A DNA stretch of 63,722 bases, the filler included, from an uncultured Methanosarcinales archaeon (GTDB taxonomy: Archaea; Nanobdellota; Nanobdellia; Woesearchaeales; CAYXTQ01), in the NCBI GenBank assembly GCA_964608065.1. It is 7 parts of 7 records of this genome, joined end to end, with 100 filler letters (N's around TTAATTAATTAA, not from the genome) between each part and the next. Parts side by side here need not be neighbours in the genome. Positions count along the whole stretch, not along the records: positions 58,266 to 63,722 come from CAZSMA010000089.1; 6 more parts are not named here. One strand, given 5' to 3'. The notes under the pieces are model-generated. The model searched no databases and was not told where the DNA came from. It saw only the letters and a list, made by a program, of their open reading frames with translations. The position numbers were made by a program, and so were the translations under genes. Shown piece by piece: positions 60,137-63,722 of the stretch. Numbering within the stretch: the stretch's first letter is position 1; every line of letters starts with the position of its first letter.

Positions 60137-60979
60137 ATGGATGAAGATAAGTCCCTTGTTGTATTTCAGGATAAAAATATAAGAAGGATTTGGTATAATG
60201 GTGGGTGGTATTTCTCTGTTATTGATATAGTTGCTGTGCTAACTGACAGCGTTGATGCAAAGGATTATTGGTATAGGCTTAAGAAAAGGGAGCAGGAATC
60301 TAACGGAACTGAGCTATCGACATTTTGTCGAAAACTGAAATTACCCTCAAAGGATAATAAGTATTACAAAACAGACTGTGCTAATACTAAATCTATGTTT
60401 AGAATAATCCAATCAATTCCTTCAAAAAAAGCAGAACCATTCAAAAGATGGCTTGCTAAAGTAGGCTATGAACGTGTTCAAGAAATAGAAAACCCTGAAT
60501 TAGCTCAAGAAAGAATGAAACAATTATATGAGCAGAAAGGATATTCTAAGGATTGGATTGAAAAAAGATTAAGAGGGATTGCTATACGGCAGCAATTAAC
60601 AGATGAATGGAAAACAAGAGGGGTTAATGAACATCTAGAATATGCAATTCTTACTAATGAGATAAGTAAAGCAACATTTGGCAAGACTGTTGAAGAGTAC
60701 AAGAAACATAAAGGATTGGAGAGAGAAAACCTGCGAGATCATATGAATGATTTAGAGATTATATTCACAATGCTTGGAGAAAGAGTAACTACTGAAATAA
60801 CGCGTACAAAAAATTCCAAAGGATTTAGTAGATGTAAAAGAGCTTCTAAAGAGGGAGGACAAGTAGCAGGAAATGCAAGAGCAGATGCTGAGAAAAAAAT
60901 TGGAAAACCCATTATTTCTAAACAGAACTATTTAGATGAGCCAGAAAAGAAAAAGAAGAAAAGAATTCCAAAACATTAG
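60137..60979 (+). CDS. BRO-N domain protein (phage antirepressor-like)
   Basis: IRR.W...WYFSVIDIV.VLT, RIIQSIPS.KAEPFKRWLA, LRDHM. Confidence 0.88.
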   Translation: MDEDKSLVVFQDKNIRRIWYNGGWYFSVIDIVAVLTDSVDAKDYWYRLKKREQESNGTELSTFCRKLKLPSKDNKYYKTDCANTKSMFRIIQSIPSKKAEPFKRWLAKVGYERVQEIENPELAQERMKQLYEQKGYSKDWIEKRLRGIAIRQQLTDEWKTRGVNEHLEYAILTNEISKATFGKTVEEYKKHKGLERENLRDHMNDLEIIFTMLGERVTTEITRTKNSKGFSRCKRASKEGGQVAGNARADAEKKIGKPIISKQNYLDEPEKKKKKRIPKH

Positions 60980-60990
60980 TCTTTTTTTTT

Positions 60991-61755
60991 TTATTTTTCA
61001 ATTGTTCTTACAACATTAACCATATAGAACCTGGTCCATGCAATAAACACTATAATGATTATCAGGAAAATTATAGCTTGCACAATCTGTGATAATCCTT
61101 TGAATAACCAGTAAGTTTGCATTAAAACAAGGAAAACTAAAGCTAGTGCTATGATTGGAATAATAAAATGATGTATTTTTTTTATTCCAATTCTGAAAGT
61201 TTCATTAATTATTTCTTTTATTTTCTTTATATTTACTGACTTAATATACAGAATATTAGTCAAATAAATGATTAAAACAAACATTATTATCAACAAATAA
61301 ACCAATACATTCTGTTTGACAAATAAGAATGATATTATTAAAGGTATTAGCCATATCACTAACCATAACAGATTCAATAATAAAAACTTCTTGTAAAACT
61401 TAAATGTAAATTTTTTGTTAAATATCTGGTTCCAGATTAATCCTTTGAACAGACACCATACAAAGAAGATTATTATCAAAAATAAAATTGTATAGACCCC
61501 TAGCATAAAAAAAACACTTTTTAGTGAAGCTAAAGTCTGCGTAATCTGGGGATTAGTTGGATCTATATTTTGTAGTAAGGCAATATTAGGCATTTTTACA
61601 AATAATTTTGCTAAAATATTTTGATAAATCCTTAAAAAAATAATTATAATTCCATAACCAATAACATCATACAAAACCGTATACAATAATCTTAAATCTA
61701 ATTTTTTAAAAGAATCTGTAAAAGATGTAATATTTGTTTTTAAAAATTTGTTCAT
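60991..61755 (-). CDS. Multi-TM membrane protein
   Basis: 6 hydrophobic segments. Confidence 0.65.
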   Translation of the reverse strand: MNKFLKTNITSFTDSFKKLDLRLLYTVLYDVIGYGIIIIFLRIYQNILAKLFVKMPNIALLQNIDPTNPQITQTLASLKSVFFMLGVYTILFLIIIFFVWCLFKGLIWNQIFNKKFTFKFYKKFLLLNLLWLVIWLIPLIISFLFVKQNVLVYLLIIMFVLIIYLTNILYIKSVNIKKIKEIINETFRIGIKKIHHFIIPIIALALVFLVLMQTYWLFKGLSQIVQAIIFLIIIIVFIAWTRFYMVNVVRTIEK

Positions 61756-63720
61756 TTACCATTCACCACCCAATGCTTCTCCTGATTCACTTGTTGAAGT
61801 TGCAGTAGAAGTTTCTTCATCTCTTTCTCCTTGCCAGCAATTCATCATTAATGGGAACTCTTCGCAAGGGTCATCTCCTAAATCAATAGATTTTTCTCCA
61901 CCATCAATTATGTTATTGCATAATTCCTCTCCTTCACTTATACCTGCTAAACAATGACCTTCTAGTTTAGAGAAATGTATGCATACTTTTTCATAATCTG
62001 TTTTGCTCTTTTTGAATATCATGTTTGGTCCTTTGTATGATGCAGATTCATTTCCTTTAGTTAATTTGAAAGTGTATGCTAATCCTGTTTTTGAATTTTT
62101 GAAAACAGATCTTCTTGGTTCTTCTATATATACTTTGAAATTCATATCACAGCCACCAATCTTAGGCCCTGGATTGACCTCTAAGCTTAATTTGTATAGG
62201 TACTCTGTTTTTTCTCCTTCATTAGTGTAGTTTATTACTTTTATTTTTTCTGCTTCAATATGTGCAGAAGCTCCTGAACTGGTTGAAGACATTGCAATAC
62301 CCTGATCTAAAGAGTTTGTTATCTTTGACTGGCATATTAAAGAAGTCCAACCATCTATTCCTCCAAGCCAGTTCTGCATGTTTTCATCTAAAAGACCATA
62401 AACATCTGGTTCATCATAAAATAAACTAAATCCCCTATAGCCTGAGGTTATGTATGTTGCTTTATCTAAGAATAAACCCCACGATGTAAGGGTTTTTGCA
62501 AATTGGTCTGATGTAGCAGCTTTTTCTAGGTCAGTAACAGGTTTTCCTTTTTCATCAACATAGCTTTTTAATACATCATTCCATATGTATACTTTTCCGT
62601 CTTTTTCAAGGTATTCAAATCCATTGTAAGCTACTCCTGATGAGCTTTCGAATGTTTGTTTTTTTCCATCTAAAATTATTACTATTTGTTTATTTTTATT
62701 ATCAATTTTTTGAGTATATCTCATACCTCCTTGAAGAGGTTCTATTGGTGTTAAAGATTTAATAGCATTACCTTCATCATCTTTTAAAAGTGTATGAGAA
62801 TAAATCTCATCTCCATCTGGATCTTTATAGTATAATTGATTGTTTCTCATTAAATAAACTTTTCCGTCTACATCACCTTTCTTTATACCTACACTTGTAG
62901 GGTTAGTTAAAGTGTAATACTTGTTTTTTCCTTCTCCTTCAACATTCACCTTAAATAATAAATTACCTTCGCTAACGTAAAATCCTACACCTTTTTCTGT
63001 TTGTGGAACATTCTCTAGAGTTAGAACACTGTACTCTTTATCAAAAGAACCAACCTTTCCATTATTTTCATCATAATTAGGATCATACACTTCAGAGCCA
63101 TAAACTAATAATGGATTATTTCCATCACCTATAACTTGATCAGCTTCATTAGTCTTGTAATACCATTTTCCTCCAACATTTTGAGGTCTTATGAAATTCT
63201 TTTTATCATAAGCTTCTTTTATAGCAGCAATATATTTGCTAGGGTCTTTATATTCTTTTGAATCAATTCCTAGTAGGTTGCCTAAAGCCGCAATGTTATC
63301 AGCATTATCTTTAATATTTCCTTCTTTAAACCAATTTTCAACGTCTTTTGAATTTTTTTCTAATGTATCTAAAACATTTTTTTGGGTTGTTGGTGCTGGG
63401 GCTATTACTGTTACTTCTTGTGAGCTTACTTCAACTTTTTCTTCATACTTTAACCCCCTTTCTTTTGCTTTTTCAACAGCATCTATAGTATCTGTTCCGA
63501 CTTTTCCATCAGCTCCTGTTGTTCCGACATCATACCCTCTATCTTTTAACCATTCTTGTGCTTTTTGTATTGCTTCAATACTAACTCCTTTTTTTCCTTC
63601 CCCCATCTTAAGAATTTCTTCATCAGGATATCCAAGCCCTTTTAGAATTTCTTTGAAATCTTTTAATTTACCTTGATTAGCTTGATTTTCATAGAAAGTG
63701 ATTGCGCTTTGTGTTTGTTC
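61756..63720 (-). CDS. Large protein with peptidoglycan-binding-like domain (5' end beyond window)
   Basis: Frame stays open upstream of 63606 to the window end; IQKAQEWLKDRGYDVGTTGADGKVGTDTIDAV matches the PG_binding_1 pattern. Confidence 0.65.
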   Translation of the reverse strand, partial: EQTQSAITFYENQANQGKLKDFKEILKGLGYPDEEILKMGEGKKGVSIEAIQKAQEWLKDRGYDVGTTGADGKVGTDTIDAVEKAKERGLKYEEKVEVSSQEVTVIAPAPTTQKNVLDTLEKNSKDVENWFKEGNIKDNADNIAALGNLLGIDSKEYKDPSKYIAAIKEAYDKKNFIRPQNVGGKWYYKTNEADQVIGDGNNPLLVYGSEVYDPNYDENNGKVGSFDKEYSVLTLENVPQTEKGVGFYVSEGNLLFKVNVEGEGKNKYYTLTNPTSVGIKKGDVDGKVYLMRNNQLYYKDPDGDEIYSHTLLKDDEGNAIKSLTPIEPLQGGMRYTQKIDNKNKQIVIILDGKKQTFESSSGVAYNGFEYLEKDGKVYIWNDVLKSYVDEKGKPVTDLEKAATSDQFAKTLTSWGLFLDKATYITSGYRGFSLFYDEPDVYGLLDENMQNWLGGIDGWTSLICQSKITNSLDQGIAMSSTSSGASAHIEAEKIKVINYTNEGEKTEYLYKLSLEVNPGPKIGGCDMNFKVYIEEPRRSVFKNSKTGLAYTFKLTKGNESASYKGPNMIFKKSKTDYEKVCIHFSKLEGHCLAGISEGEELCNNIIDGGEKSIDLGDDPCEEFPLMMNCWQGERDEETSTATSTSESGEALGGEW

Positions 63721-63722
63721 AA

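Noticed and set aside
962..63676. Many short antisense or overlapping ORFs in the track (e.g. 962-1285, 8788-9108, 41355-41792, 50027-50233, 63236-63676)
   Set aside because: Shadows of longer motif-bearing genes or tRNAs on the other strand or frame; no independent motifs.

Overview
This is a very AT-rich archaeal window, most consistent with a DPANN (Woesearchaeota/Pacearchaeota-type) metagenome bin. The evidence is an eS1/S3ae fragment, BHB-intron tRNAs, class III signal peptides and TATA-type promoters. It is not one locus: seven contigs of about 9-10 kb, sorted by decreasing length, are joined by artificial N44-TTAATTAATTAA-N44 linkers, so gene neighbourhood means something only within a contig. 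Contig 1 holds CAP-domain genes and a divergent pair of a pilin-cohesin-like gene and a beta-helix-dockerin-like gene. Contig 2 is a surface glycosylation cluster with an sxtI/J/K-like carbamoyltransferase module. Contig 3 has rtcA followed by a free-standing LAGLIDADG endonuclease and a displaced older rtcA 3' end, plus a minimal trimeric [FeFe]-hydrogenase. Contig 4 has a BsaWI-like R-M pair inside 15-bp inverted repeats, an attC-like palindrome, and a mini-DinB/arsM cargo bounded by mosaic inverted repeats. Contig 5 encodes a 1730-aa subtilase/Zn-phospholipase C/S-layer-like chimera. Contig 6 has two tRNAs with two introns each and RNA-modification genes. Contig 7 has secreted proteins, one with a peptidoglycan-binding-like domain. 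The best candidates for undescribed biology are the rtcA 3'-end-replacing homing element, the pilus-anchored cohesin-dockerin display system, and the palindrome/inverted-repeat-bounded cassettes. All calls come from reading motifs by eye; no searches were run.
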